Source: Alphaproteobacteria bacterium | GTDB taxonomy: Bacteria > Pseudomonadota > Alphaproteobacteria > SMXQ01 | Length of the DNA stretch: 64,000 nt | Direction: 5' to 3' | Assembly (NCBI GenBank): GCA_036500145.1 | Contig: DASYCO010000077.1 | Location: 18,294-82,293, forward strand | Shown: one piece after another, positions 55,788 through 64,000 of the stretch | How the letters are laid out: each line of letters starts with the position of its first letter | Numbering within the stretch: the first letter of the stretch is position 1 | Translations under genes and position numbers: made by a program | Notes under the pieces: generated by a model | The model's database searches: none | Told to the model about the DNA's origin: nothing | What the model saw: only the letters and a program-made list of their open reading frames with translations

Positions 55788-58622
55788 CTATTCCGTCAGG
55801 CGCTGCCACCAGCCCTTGCGCTTCGGCTGGTTGGGGTCCTCGGCCTGCTCGGGCGCCGCCACGGGCGGCGGGGGCGGAGCGTAGGTCGTCTCGGCGGCGT
55901 GGCTCACCGTTTCGCGCTCGATGGCGGGCGCGACCGTCTCGGCCGGGCGCCAGCTGTCGCGCGGGACGGGCTGCTCGTCGCCGTTGCCGTAGGACGGGCT
56001 TTCGGTATGGCCCGGCTCTTCGTGCGAACCTTCTTCGGCCGATGCGTCGCCTTCGGCGCGCGCGGGGCGCTCGCCATCTTCCGGGCGGCGGCGGCGGCGG
56101 CCGCCGCGCTTGCCGCGACGGCGGCGCTTGCGCTCGCCGTCCTCGCCGCGCGCTTCGTCAGCGCCACCGGCATTTGCGGACTCGTCGCCTTCGTCGCTGT
56201 CGTTGTCATCGTCGGTGGCGGACTCGTCGGACGCCAGCGCGGGCTGCTCGCCGTCGGACGGCTCGCCATGGGCCGGCGCGTCGCCGCGGGCCGGGCGCTC
56301 GTCGCCACGACGGCGACGGCGGCGGCGTCCACGGCCACGGCGTTCGCCGTCTTCGCCGCGCTCGCGGGTCTCTTCGCGCGCTTCGGCCGGCTCGTCGGCT
56401 TCGGCTTCGGCTTCGGCTTCGATCTCGGCGTCCAATTCCTCGTCGACGATGTCGTCGTCAGGATCGGGCTGGACCACCTCGACCGGACGGACCGGCGGCG
56501 GGTTGGTCTGCGTCTTGAGGCGGTCGAGCTTGAAGTCGGGCGGGATCAGCGCGTCGTCGGTGCCGACGAAGATGCGGAAGTCGTAGCGCGTCTCCAGCGA
56601 CGCCAGGGCGGCGCGCTTGTGGTTGAGCAGGTAGATCGCGACCGACGACGGCACGGTCAGCTTGACCTCGCTGGCGCGGCGGCGGATGCCTTCTTCCTCG
56701 AGCGCGCGGATGACGTGCAGCGCGGCCGATTCCGTCGAGCGCACGACGCCGGTGCCGGCGCAGTGCGGGCAGATCTCGGTCGAGGCTTCGAGGAAGCTCG
56801 GGCGCAGGCGCTGGCGCGACAGCTCGAGCAGGCCGAAGGCGCTGATCTTGCCGATCTGGATGCGCGCGCGGTCGACGCGCATGGCTTCCTTCAGGCGCTT
56901 CTCGACGGTGTGCTGGTTGCGCGACTCCTCCATGTCGATGAAGTCGATCACGATCAGGCCGGCGAGGTCGCGCAGGCGAAGCTGGCGGGCGATTTCCTCG
57001 GCCGCTTCCAGGTTCGTCTTGTAGGCGGTCTCTTCGATGTTGCGCTCGCGCGTGGCGCGGCCCGAGTTCACGTCGATGGAGACGAGCGCTTCGGTCGGGT
57101 TGATCACGATGTAGCCGCCGGACTTGAGCGTCACGACCGGGTTGTGCATCGCGTCGAGCTGCGTCTCGATCTGGTAGCGGTGGAACAGCGGGATCTCGGG
57201 GTCGCGGTACTGCTGAACCTTCTTGGCGTGGCTCGGCATCAGCATCCGCATGAACTCTTTGGCGTTTCGGTAGCCTTCGTCGCCCTCGACGAGAACCTCG
57301 TCGATGTCCTTGCTGTAATGGTCGCGGATCGAGCGCTTGATCAGCGAGGCCTCTTCGTAGACCAGCGCCGGCGCAATCGACTTCAGGGTCAGCTCGCGCA
57401 CTTCGTCCCACTGGCGGACGAGATATTCGTAGTCGCGCTTCAGCTCGGTCTTGCTGCGCTCGACGGCTGCCGTGCGCAGGATGACCGCCATGCCCTCGGG
57501 AATCTCCAGCTCGTCGAGATGGGACTTGAGGCGCTTGCGGTCGGCCGGGTTGCTGATCTTGCGGGAGATGCCGCCGCCGCGCGCGGTGTTGGGCATCAGC
57601 ACGCAGTAGCGGCCGGCGAGCGACAGGTAGGTGGTCAGCGCGGCGCCCTTGTTGCCGCGCTCTTCCTTGACGACCTGGACCAGCAGGATCTGCCGGCGCT
57701 TGATGACGTCCTGGATCTTGTAGTGGTGACGGCTGCGGCTGCGGCCGCGGCGACGCTCGGCAGCGGCGCTTTCGACTTCCGATTCGACCTCGTCGGCGCC
57801 GCCGACGGTCTCGACCGGCTTGGGCGCGGCGTCGGCGATCTCGGCGATGTTGTCGCCGGCCGGCTCGCTGTGCGGGGCTTCGTCGTCGGCGCGGGGCTCG
57901 CTGCCGGCGGCCTGCTCGGGCAGCAGCACGTCCGCGCTCGTCGGGGTGGTGTCGGCAATCTCCGCGCTGGCGACGATGTCGCCGGCACCCGGTTCATTGA
58001 CCAGGGCGATGCTGGCGGGCGCGGTCTCTTCGGCGCTTTCCGGGGCGGCGGACGCTAGGTCCGGCGCCGGCGGCGTGTATTCGTCGGTGACGGCCGGCTC
58101 GGGCGGCAGCGGCTGAATTTGGCTTTCGGCCTCATGCGCGTGGTCATGGCCGACGTGGTCGTGGCCGACATGGTCATGCTCGTCATGACTGTGCTCGTCG
58201 TGGCCATGCGCGTCATGGTCGTGGCCATGCTCTTCGTCGTGGTCGGGCTGCTCCTGCTCGCGCGGGGCCTCCTCGTCCGGCTCGGGGCCGAAGTCGGCGT
58301 CGTCGCCGCCGCCGAAGCCGCCCGAGCGGCGCTGCTCTTCCAGCAGCGCGATGCGGTCGGCGGCCGGGATCTGGTAGTAGTCGGGATGGATTTCGCTGAA
58401 CGGGAGGAAGCCGTGGCGATTGCCGCCGAAATCGACGAAGGCGGCCTGCAGCGAGGGTTCGACCCGCGTGACTTTCGCGAGGTAGATGTTGCCCTTGAGC
58501 TGCTTCTTGGTCGAACTTTCGAAATCGAATTCGTCGAGGCGGGTACCGTTTGCGATGACCACCCGGGTTTCTTCCAGGTGGGTCGCATCGATCAGCATGC
58601 GCTTAACCATGTATTCTAACAC
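55788..58622 (-). CDS. rne: Ribonuclease E
   Basis: N-terminal catalytic domain (S1, DNase I-like, Zn-link CPxCxGxG). The C-terminal half is Arg/Asp/Glu/Pro-rich and disordered. The start may be the internal ATG at 58610 or 58598. Confidence 0.9.
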   Translation of the reverse strand: MLEYMVKRMLIDATHLEETRVVIANGTRLDEFDFESSTKKQLKGNIYLAKVTRVEPSLQAAFVDFGGNRHGFLPFSEIHPDYYQIPAADRIALLEEQRRSGGFGGGDDADFGPEPDEEAPREQEQPDHDEEHGHDHDAHGHDEHSHDEHDHVGHDHVGHDHAHEAESQIQPLPPEPAVTDEYTPPAPDLASAAPESAEETAPASIALVNEPGAGDIVASAEIADTTPTSADVLLPEQAAGSEPRADDEAPHSEPAGDNIAEIADAAPKPVETVGGADEVESEVESAAAERRRGRSRSRHHYKIQDVIKRRQILLVQVVKEERGNKGAALTTYLSLAGRYCVLMPNTARGGGISRKISNPADRKRLKSHLDELEIPEGMAVILRTAAVERSKTELKRDYEYLVRQWDEVRELTLKSIAPALVYEEASLIKRSIRDHYSKDIDEVLVEGDEGYRNAKEFMRMLMPSHAKKVQQYRDPEIPLFHRYQIETQLDAMHNPVVTLKSGGYIVINPTEALVSIDVNSGRATRERNIEETAYKTNLEAAEEIARQLRLRDLAGLIVIDFIDMEESRNQHTVEKRLKEAMRVDRARIQIGKISAFGLLELSRQRLRPSFLEASTEICPHCAGTGVVRSTESAALHVIRALEEEGIRRRASEVKLTVPSSVAIYLLNHKRAALASLETRYDFRIFVGTDDALIPPDFKLDRLKTQTNPPPVRPVEVVQPDPDDDIVDEELDAEIEAEAEAEADEPAEAREETRERGEDGERRGRGRRRRRRRGDERPARGDAPAHGEPSDGEQPALASDESATDDDNDSDEGDESANAGGADEARGEDGERKRRRRGKRGGRRRRRPEDGERPARAEGDASAEEGSHEEPGHTESPSYGNGDEQPVPRDSWRPAETVAPAIERETVSHAAETTYAPPPPPVAAPEQAEDPNQPKRKGWWQRLTE

Positions 58623-59141
58623 TCCGCGACGCGTCGGCAGGCTGCGCGCTGAATTCGGGCGCGCGCCGGCGTTGCGTCGTCATCTCTGCGAAGCTGGCGG
58701 ATTCTCGTCTCGACCCGCGTGACCTGAAAACCCTGTTGGGGAGAATCCAGAGACGGGGAGGGCGGAGGTGGCCGCGATCCCTTCGACGGGCTCTTTTCAA
58801 AAAAGCCGGAGATGCCGAAGGGCAGCTTCAGGGTTCACACGACTCCTTGGCTGTCTTAAGCGCGCCTCGCATCATCCGACGGCGATTATGGTCTGCCGTC
58901 CCGCTGATGCGCGCCGCGCCGCCTTATCCACAGCCGACGCTCGGGTTCTTGACGATTTTCCGAAGCGTGGGCGGCCGAGGAAGGCCGACTGGAGCTATTC
59001 CACTGACAAAATAATCGCAGAAGCGATTTTCCACAATCGGTTAATGGAACATGTCTCCCATGAAGGGCGGGGGCTTTCGGGTTGCCGCTGCCCGCTAGGC
59101 GACGCTATATGTAGCGGCCAGTAGAAGGCGGGTGCCGATAT
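58623..59141 (-). promoter_or_regulatory. Long structured rne leader / rne-amiC divergent promoter region
   Basis: 519-nt non-coding region with several stable hairpins, e.g. CCCTTCG...CGAAGGG enclosing GGCTCTTTT/AAAAAAGCC. Confidence 0.4.
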
Positions 59142-60455
59142 ATGCCTGGGATCATGAGGGGTTTGATGCGGAAAGGGCATGGCGGGTCTTTGCGGACCGG
59201 CTGGGTCTGGAAAGCGCTGCTTACGATTTCGGCCGCACTTTGGCTGCTGGCGGAGGGGATTGCCCTTCCGGCCGATGCCCAGTCGGCCGTTCCGCCGACC
59301 ACAGTCGTTGGGGTGCGCATCGGCGGCACCGCCGCAGCGACCCGTTTCGTCCTCGAAATGACCAATTCGACCAAGCCGGAGGTCTTCACCCTCGGTTCGC
59401 CCTATCGCGTGGTCGTCGACCTGCCGGAAATCGCCTGGAGCCTGCCGCCGAACGACATCGGCGCCAAGGGCGGCCTTGTCGACGGCTTCCGCTTCGGCCT
59501 GTTCGAACAGGGCCGTTCGCGCCTGGTGATCGATGTCCATGAGCCCGTGGCGGTGAAGAGCGCCTTCGTCATGGAGCCGCGCGACGGCCACCGCTACCGG
59601 CTGGTGCTGGACATCGAGCGCGTCGCCGCCTCGGCCTTCCAGGACCAGAATCCTGCCGCGCCGAAGCCCCAGCCGCAGCCGGTGCCGACAGCCGCAGCGC
59701 CCCAGGCGATCATGACGCCGCGCCCGCCCGCCCCGCAGCCGGCGCCGCGCCCGCGCGCCACCGGCGACGCGCGCCACATCGTGGTCGTCGACGCCGGCCA
59801 CGGCGGCGTCGATCCCGGCACCATCGGTCCCGGCGGCACCTACGAAAAGGACGTCACCATCGCCATGGCGCGCGAGCTGAAGGCGCGCATGGAGGCTTCC
59901 GGCCGCTACAAGGTGGTCCTGACGCGCGACAAGGACATCTTCATTCCCTTGCGCGACCGCGTCGCCATCTCGCGCGCGGCGGGCGCCGAGATGTTCATCT
60001 CATTGCACGCCGACTCGATCGCCAACCGCAGCACGCGGGGCGGCACGGTCTACACCCTGTCCGAAGTCGCCTCCGACAAGGAAGCCGAGGCCCTGGCTGC
60101 CAAGGAAAACAAGGCCGACCTGATCGCCGGCATGGACCTGAGCCACGAAAGCCGCGAGGTGGCGAGCATCCTGCTCGACCTCGCCCAGCGCGAGACGATG
60201 AACTATTCGGCGCGCTTCGCCTCCATCCTGGTGGAGGAATTGGGCAAAACGGTCCAGCTCGGAATCAATTCGCACCGCTATGCCGGCTTTGCCGTGCTGA
60301 AGGCGCCCGACGTGCCCGCCGTGCTCTATGAAATGGGCTATCTGTCGAATCCGACGGAGGAAAAGGAGCTGCTGAAGCCGGCCTACCGCCAGAAGATGGC
60401 GGACGGCATCGTGCGGGCGGCCGACCGTTTCTTCCGCGAACGGGTCAATCCCTAG
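59142..60455 (+). CDS. amiC: N-acetylmuramoyl-L-alanine amidase (AmiC type, AMIN + Amidase_3)
   Basis: N-terminal AMIN domain, a Pro-rich linker, and an Amidase_3 domain (VVVDAGHGG). Start may be internal. Confidence 0.8.
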   Translation: MPGIMRGLMRKGHGGSLRTGWVWKALLTISAALWLLAEGIALPADAQSAVPPTTVVGVRIGGTAAATRFVLEMTNSTKPEVFTLGSPYRVVVDLPEIAWSLPPNDIGAKGGLVDGFRFGLFEQGRSRLVIDVHEPVAVKSAFVMEPRDGHRYRLVLDIERVAASAFQDQNPAAPKPQPQPVPTAAAPQAIMTPRPPAPQPAPRPRATGDARHIVVVDAGHGGVDPGTIGPGGTYEKDVTIAMARELKARMEASGRYKVVLTRDKDIFIPLRDRVAISRAAGAEMFISLHADSIANRSTRGGTVYTLSEVASDKEAEALAAKENKADLIAGMDLSHESREVASILLDLAQRETMNYSARFASILVEELGKTVQLGINSHRYAGFAVLKAPDVPAVLYEMGYLSNPTEEKELLKPAYRQKMADGIVRAADRFFRERVNP

Positions 60456-60662
60456 GCTTTTCCCAAGATTCCAGGCGCTGCGGGCCATTTCGGCCGCCTT
60501 TTCGCGTGGCGCGGCGGCCACGGTTAGGTCCGGGGAGGCCGGGGAGCGTTTCAGCGCCATTGACGTTGCTTAACCGCGCCCATATTTCTGCGCTATTCTA
60601 GCTTCCCGGCAGCTGGGGGCGCCGTCGGCAAGGAGCGCGCCCGCGATGGTTTTCAAAGTCAC

Positions 60663-63101
60663 ATGCGCATTTTAAGGTCATTCGCCGCCCTGCTGGCGGG
60701 CGTCGCGTTGCTCGGCCTCGTCGGCGGCGGAGCGATCCTGGCGGTCTTTTACCATTACGGCCGTGGCTTGCCCGACTACCAGCAGCTCGCGACCTACGAG
60801 CCGCCCGTGGTGACCCGCGTGCATGCCGGCGACGGCAGCCTGATCGCCGAGTACGCTTCCGAGAAGCGCATCTTCGTGCCGATCCAGTCGATCCCGAAGA
60901 CGGTCATCGAGGCCTTCCTCTCCGCCGAGGACAAGAATTTCTACAACCACCCGGGCATCGACGTGGGCGGCATCATCCGCGCGTCGCTGCAGAACCTGGC
61001 GCAGATGGGCCAGAACCGCCGCCCGGTCGGCGCCTCGACGATCACGCAGCAGGTGGCGAAGAACTTCCTGCTGACCAACGAGGTCTCGCTCGAACGCAAG
61101 ATCAAGGAGGCGCTGATCTCGCTGCGCATCGAGCGCGTGCTGTCGAAGGACCGCATCCTCGAGCTCTACCTCAACGAGATCTACCTCGGCTACGGCTCCT
61201 ATGGCGTCGCCGCCGCCGCGCTCAACTACTTCAACAAGTCGCTCGACGAGCTGACGGCAGGCGAAGCCGCCTACCTGGCCGCGCTGCCCAAGGCGCCGAA
61301 CAACTACAATCCCTACCGCCGCCCCGAAGCGGCCAAGGCGCGCCGCGACTGGGTGCTCGACCGCATGGCGGAGGAGAACTACATCACGGCCGAGCAGGAC
61401 GCCGCCTTCCAGGCGACGCCGCTCGGCGTGCGCGCGCCGACCGAGCCGCACATCACCGAGGCAGGCTTCTTCGCCGAGGAAGTGCGCCGCCAGCTCTATG
61501 ACCGCTACGGCGAGAAGGGGCTCTATCGCGGCGGCCTCTCCGTGCGCGCCACCCTCGACACCCATCTGCAGGCCATCGCCGACAAGGCGCTGCGCGACGG
61601 CTTGATCCGCTACGACCGCCGCCACGGCTATCGCGGGCCGATCGCCCATGTGGCGCTCGCGGCCGGCGACGACTGGTCGGCAAAGCTGCGCGACGTGGCG
61701 CTGCCGCCCGCCTTGGCACCTTGGCGCCTCGCCGTCGTCCTGTCGGTCGGCGGCGACCATGCGCAGGTCGGGGTGGCCGGCGCGGGCGAGGGGCGCATTC
61801 CCTTCGACCAGATGAAATGGGCGCGGCCCTGGCAAAAAGAGCAGCATGTCGGCGCTGCGCCGAAGGCGCCGTCCGACGTGCTCGCGGTCGGCGACGTCGT
61901 CGCCGTCGACGAGGCGGACGGCAAGGACGTCTATTCCCTGCAGCAGATTCCCGACGTCAACGGCGCCGTGCTGGCGCTCGATCCGCATACCGGCCGCGTG
62001 CTGGCGATGAGCGGCGGCTTCTCCTACGCCGCCAGCCAGTTCAACCGCGCGACGCAGGCGATGCGCCAGACCGGCTCGTCGTTCAAGCCCTTCGTCTACA
62101 CGGCGGCGCTCGATTCGGGCTTCACGCCGTCGAGCCTGGTGCTCGACGCGCCCTTCGTTATGGACCAGGGCCCCGGTCTCGGCCTGTGGAAGCCCGGCAA
62201 CTACGGCAACGACTTCCTTGGGCCCAGCACGCTGCGCACCGGCATCGAGAAATCGCGCAACCTGATGACCGTGCGCCTGGCGCAGACCATCGGCATGGAC
62301 AAGGTCGCCGCCTACGCCAAGAAGTTCGGCGTCATCGACAAGCTCGACCCGGTGCTGTCCATGTCGCTCGGCGCCGGCGAGACGACGCTGCTGCGCATGG
62401 CGACGGGCTACGCCATGTTCGTCAACGGCGGCAAGCGCATCACGCCGAGCGTGATTGACCGCATCCAGGACCGCCACGGCAAGACGATCTACCGCCACGA
62501 CACGCGGACCTGCCCGGGCTGCGACGGCGCCGACGCCGACGTGAACAACCCGCCGCAGCTGCCCGACGACCGCGAGCAAGTCGAGGATCCGCGCACCGCC
62601 TACCAGATGGTCTCCATCCTGCAGGGCGTGGTGCAGCGCGGCACCGGCATCCGCATTGCCTCGCTCGGCCGCACGCTGGCCGGCAAGACCGGCACGACCA
62701 ACGACTATACCGATGCCTGGTTCATGGGCTTCTCGCCGGACCTCGTGGTCGGCACCTATGTCGGCTTCGACAATCCGAAGACGCTGGGCAAGGACGAGAC
62801 CGGCTCGTCGGTCACGGTGCCGATCTTCCGTGACTTCATGGAAGCGGCGCTCAAGGGCAAGCCGGACATTCCTTTCCGCATCCCGCCGGGCATTCGCCTG
62901 GTGCGCGTGAACCCGAAGACGGGCCAGCTCGCGTCGGCGAGCGAGCGCGGCACGATCCTCGAAGCCTTCAAGCCCGGCACCGAGCCGACGGGGCGTGACG
63001 GCGTGCTCGACGGCAGCCGCGATCCCATCGCGGCGTCGGGCGGCCCGGTGCTGCGCACCCTTGGCGGCGACGCCAACGGCACCACCGGCGGCCTCTACTA
63101 G
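60663..63101 (+). CDS. mrcA: Penicillin-binding protein 1A (bifunctional transglycosylase/transpeptidase)
   Basis: GT51 motifs EDKNFYNHPGID and RQxxxK. Transpeptidase SxxK (SSFK), SxN and KTG motifs. Confidence 0.9.
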   Translation: MRILRSFAALLAGVALLGLVGGGAILAVFYHYGRGLPDYQQLATYEPPVVTRVHAGDGSLIAEYASEKRIFVPIQSIPKTVIEAFLSAEDKNFYNHPGIDVGGIIRASLQNLAQMGQNRRPVGASTITQQVAKNFLLTNEVSLERKIKEALISLRIERVLSKDRILELYLNEIYLGYGSYGVAAAALNYFNKSLDELTAGEAAYLAALPKAPNNYNPYRRPEAAKARRDWVLDRMAEENYITAEQDAAFQATPLGVRAPTEPHITEAGFFAEEVRRQLYDRYGEKGLYRGGLSVRATLDTHLQAIADKALRDGLIRYDRRHGYRGPIAHVALAAGDDWSAKLRDVALPPALAPWRLAVVLSVGGDHAQVGVAGAGEGRIPFDQMKWARPWQKEQHVGAAPKAPSDVLAVGDVVAVDEADGKDVYSLQQIPDVNGAVLALDPHTGRVLAMSGGFSYAASQFNRATQAMRQTGSSFKPFVYTAALDSGFTPSSLVLDAPFVMDQGPGLGLWKPGNYGNDFLGPSTLRTGIEKSRNLMTVRLAQTIGMDKVAAYAKKFGVIDKLDPVLSMSLGAGETTLLRMATGYAMFVNGGKRITPSVIDRIQDRHGKTIYRHDTRTCPGCDGADADVNNPPQLPDDREQVEDPRTAYQMVSILQGVVQRGTGIRIASLGRTLAGKTGTTNDYTDAWFMGFSPDLVVGTYVGFDNPKTLGKDETGSSVTVPIFRDFMEAALKGKPDIPFRIPPGIRLVRVNPKTGQLASASERGTILEAFKPGTEPTGRDGVLDGSRDPIAASGGPVLRTLGGDANGTTGGLY

Positions 63102-63401
63102 CAGCCAGATTCGCGGAACGGCGACGTCGCCCGTCGTCACGGGGGGCGTTTGTCTTCGCGCGGGACCGTGCGCGCTGCACACATGCTTAATGGAAATTTA
63201 CCTTGATAGCCGCCCGCGGCGCTTCGTGCATCGCGGCCTGTGGCGTCGTCTCCATGGCCGGATACCCCTTTTGCTCCGGCTCACGTTTACGGTTCATTAT
63301 TCATTCCTACGCCAAAAGTGGAACTTGCGCCGGGCCCAGGGAGGGCAGGCGCGAGAGGCAAGAGAGTGCCTCGCGAAACTTCAGTAGAGGGCCACATCAT
63401 C

Positions 63402-64000
63402 ATGGCGAATATCTCGTCGCGCGCCGCATCGCGCCGGACGCTGACGCTCCGCATGCTCGTTTTGGGCATCACCAGCGTCCTCAGCCTCATCGTTCTTGCG
63501 CTCTGCGCGAACTTGCTCTGGTCGGCGTACCAGCAATATTCGACGGCGGAGCGCATCCATGAGGTCCAGCGCATCAGCGACACCCTCGTCAAGAGCGGCG
63601 ACGACTGGGACGACGAGCGCGTGATGACGATCAACGCCATGCGCGACCCGGGCCCGATCAGCGACGCCGCGATGGCCGAAATTCGCAAGCATCGCGCCGA
63701 CGCCGAGGCAACCTTCGCCAAGGGCGTGGCGATGCTCAAGGCCATGAAGGGCTTTAAGGACCAGGGCGATTCGCTGGCCCGCACCGAGGAAGCGAAGCCC
63801 AAGATGGCCAGCTACCGGACGGCGCTGGACGCCAACATGGCCAAGCCGCTCAACGGGCGCGACCCGAAGCTGCTGACCAGCTGGTTCAACGACATGGGCG
63901 CCTACATCTCGCGCACGCAATTGATCCGCACGCGCCTCGAGCAGTCGACGGTCGACATCGACGGCCTGTTCGGCATCCTCATCGGCATCGAGCAGACGGC
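63402..64000 (+). CDS. Probable methyl-accepting chemotaxis/sensor protein, N-terminal region (3' truncated by window edge)
   Basis: Not in the supplied ORF track because it has no stop within the window. 200 open codons with strong GC3 bias. An N-terminal TM helix is followed by a 4-helix-bundle-like sensor region. The two minus-strand ORFs listed here are antisense to it. Confidence 0.5.
   Translation, partial: MANISSRAASRRTLTLRMLVLGITSVLSLIVLALCANLLWSAYQQYSTAERIHEVQRISDTLVKSGDDWDDERVMTINAMRDPGPISDAAMAEIRKHRADAEATFAKGVAMLKAMKGFKDQGDSLARTEEAKPKMASYRTALDANMAKPLNGRDPKLLTSWFNDMGAYISRTQLIRTRLEQSTVDIDGLFGILIGIEQT

Noticed and set aside
55752-58058. 768-aa plus-strand ORF
   Set aside because: Antisense to rne.
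60678-63182. 834-aa minus-strand ORF
   Set aside because: Antisense to mrcA (PBP1a).
63287-63920. Two minus-strand ORFs (171 and 179 aa) at the window end
   Set aside because: They are antisense to an unlisted plus-strand ORF from ATG 63402, which is open to the window edge. That ORF has strong GC3 bias and a TM + 4-helix-bundle sensor-like product.
1-64000. CRISPR arrays, rRNA, integrase/transposase genes, retron/DGR reverse transcriptases, toxin-antitoxin pairs
   Set aside because: Scanned by eye for regularly spaced direct repeats, RT motifs (YxDD), DDE/tyrosine-recombinase signatures and small paired ORFs. None found.

Overview
High-GC (roughly 67-70%) chromosomal segment of an alphaproteobacterium. 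The rne-amiC-mrcA and aroQ-accB-accC-aat gene orders suggest Hyphomicrobiales/Rhizobiales. It is almost entirely core housekeeping genes. Plus-strand genes include RluA-family pseudouridine synthase (partial), AsmA, ATP12, acylphosphatase, tRNA-Leu(GAG), MgtE, SDR, a DASS-type permease, PutA, GalU-Ugd-PMM, a phasin, ClpS-ClpA, an RND efflux pair, an NDUFA12-like protein, MlaD, a ThiS-ThiG fusion, MaiA, GGT, an aminotransferase, AmiC and PBP1a. Minus-strand genes include LipB, MarC, CobD, MFS, a TctC/Bug binding protein, DacC-SPOR, DUF482/GNAT, an NhaP-type antiporter, RidA, arylsulfatase, class II RNR NrdJ, Aat, AccC, AccB, AroQ, an M48 protease and RNase E. Two compositionally deviant insertions stand out. 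(1) A sharply bounded 1.46-kb AT-rich islet (about 37% GC) sits exactly between the clpA stop and the stop of a convergent DUF482 gene. It encodes a single soluble KAP-family P-loop NTPase (PifA-like), a candidate single-gene abortive-infection/defence module. (2) A moderately lower-GC segment of about 2.9 kb carries an orphan 789-aa Cys-type arylsulfatase between the RND pump and nrdJ, bounded by strong terminators. Other points worth a second look: AroQ with a histone-H1-like Lys/Ala/Pro tail; a ThiS-ThiG fusion; a GGT-family lipoprotein apparently lacking the catalytic Thr; a 33-nt tandem duplication that supplies the aminotransferase stop codon and forms a terminator hairpin; a structured, AT-richer nrdJ 3' region; and palindromes around the nrdJ promoter. 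No CRISPR, rRNA, integrase or transposase was seen. Many long ORFs in the supplied track are antisense or out-of-frame artefacts of high GC.
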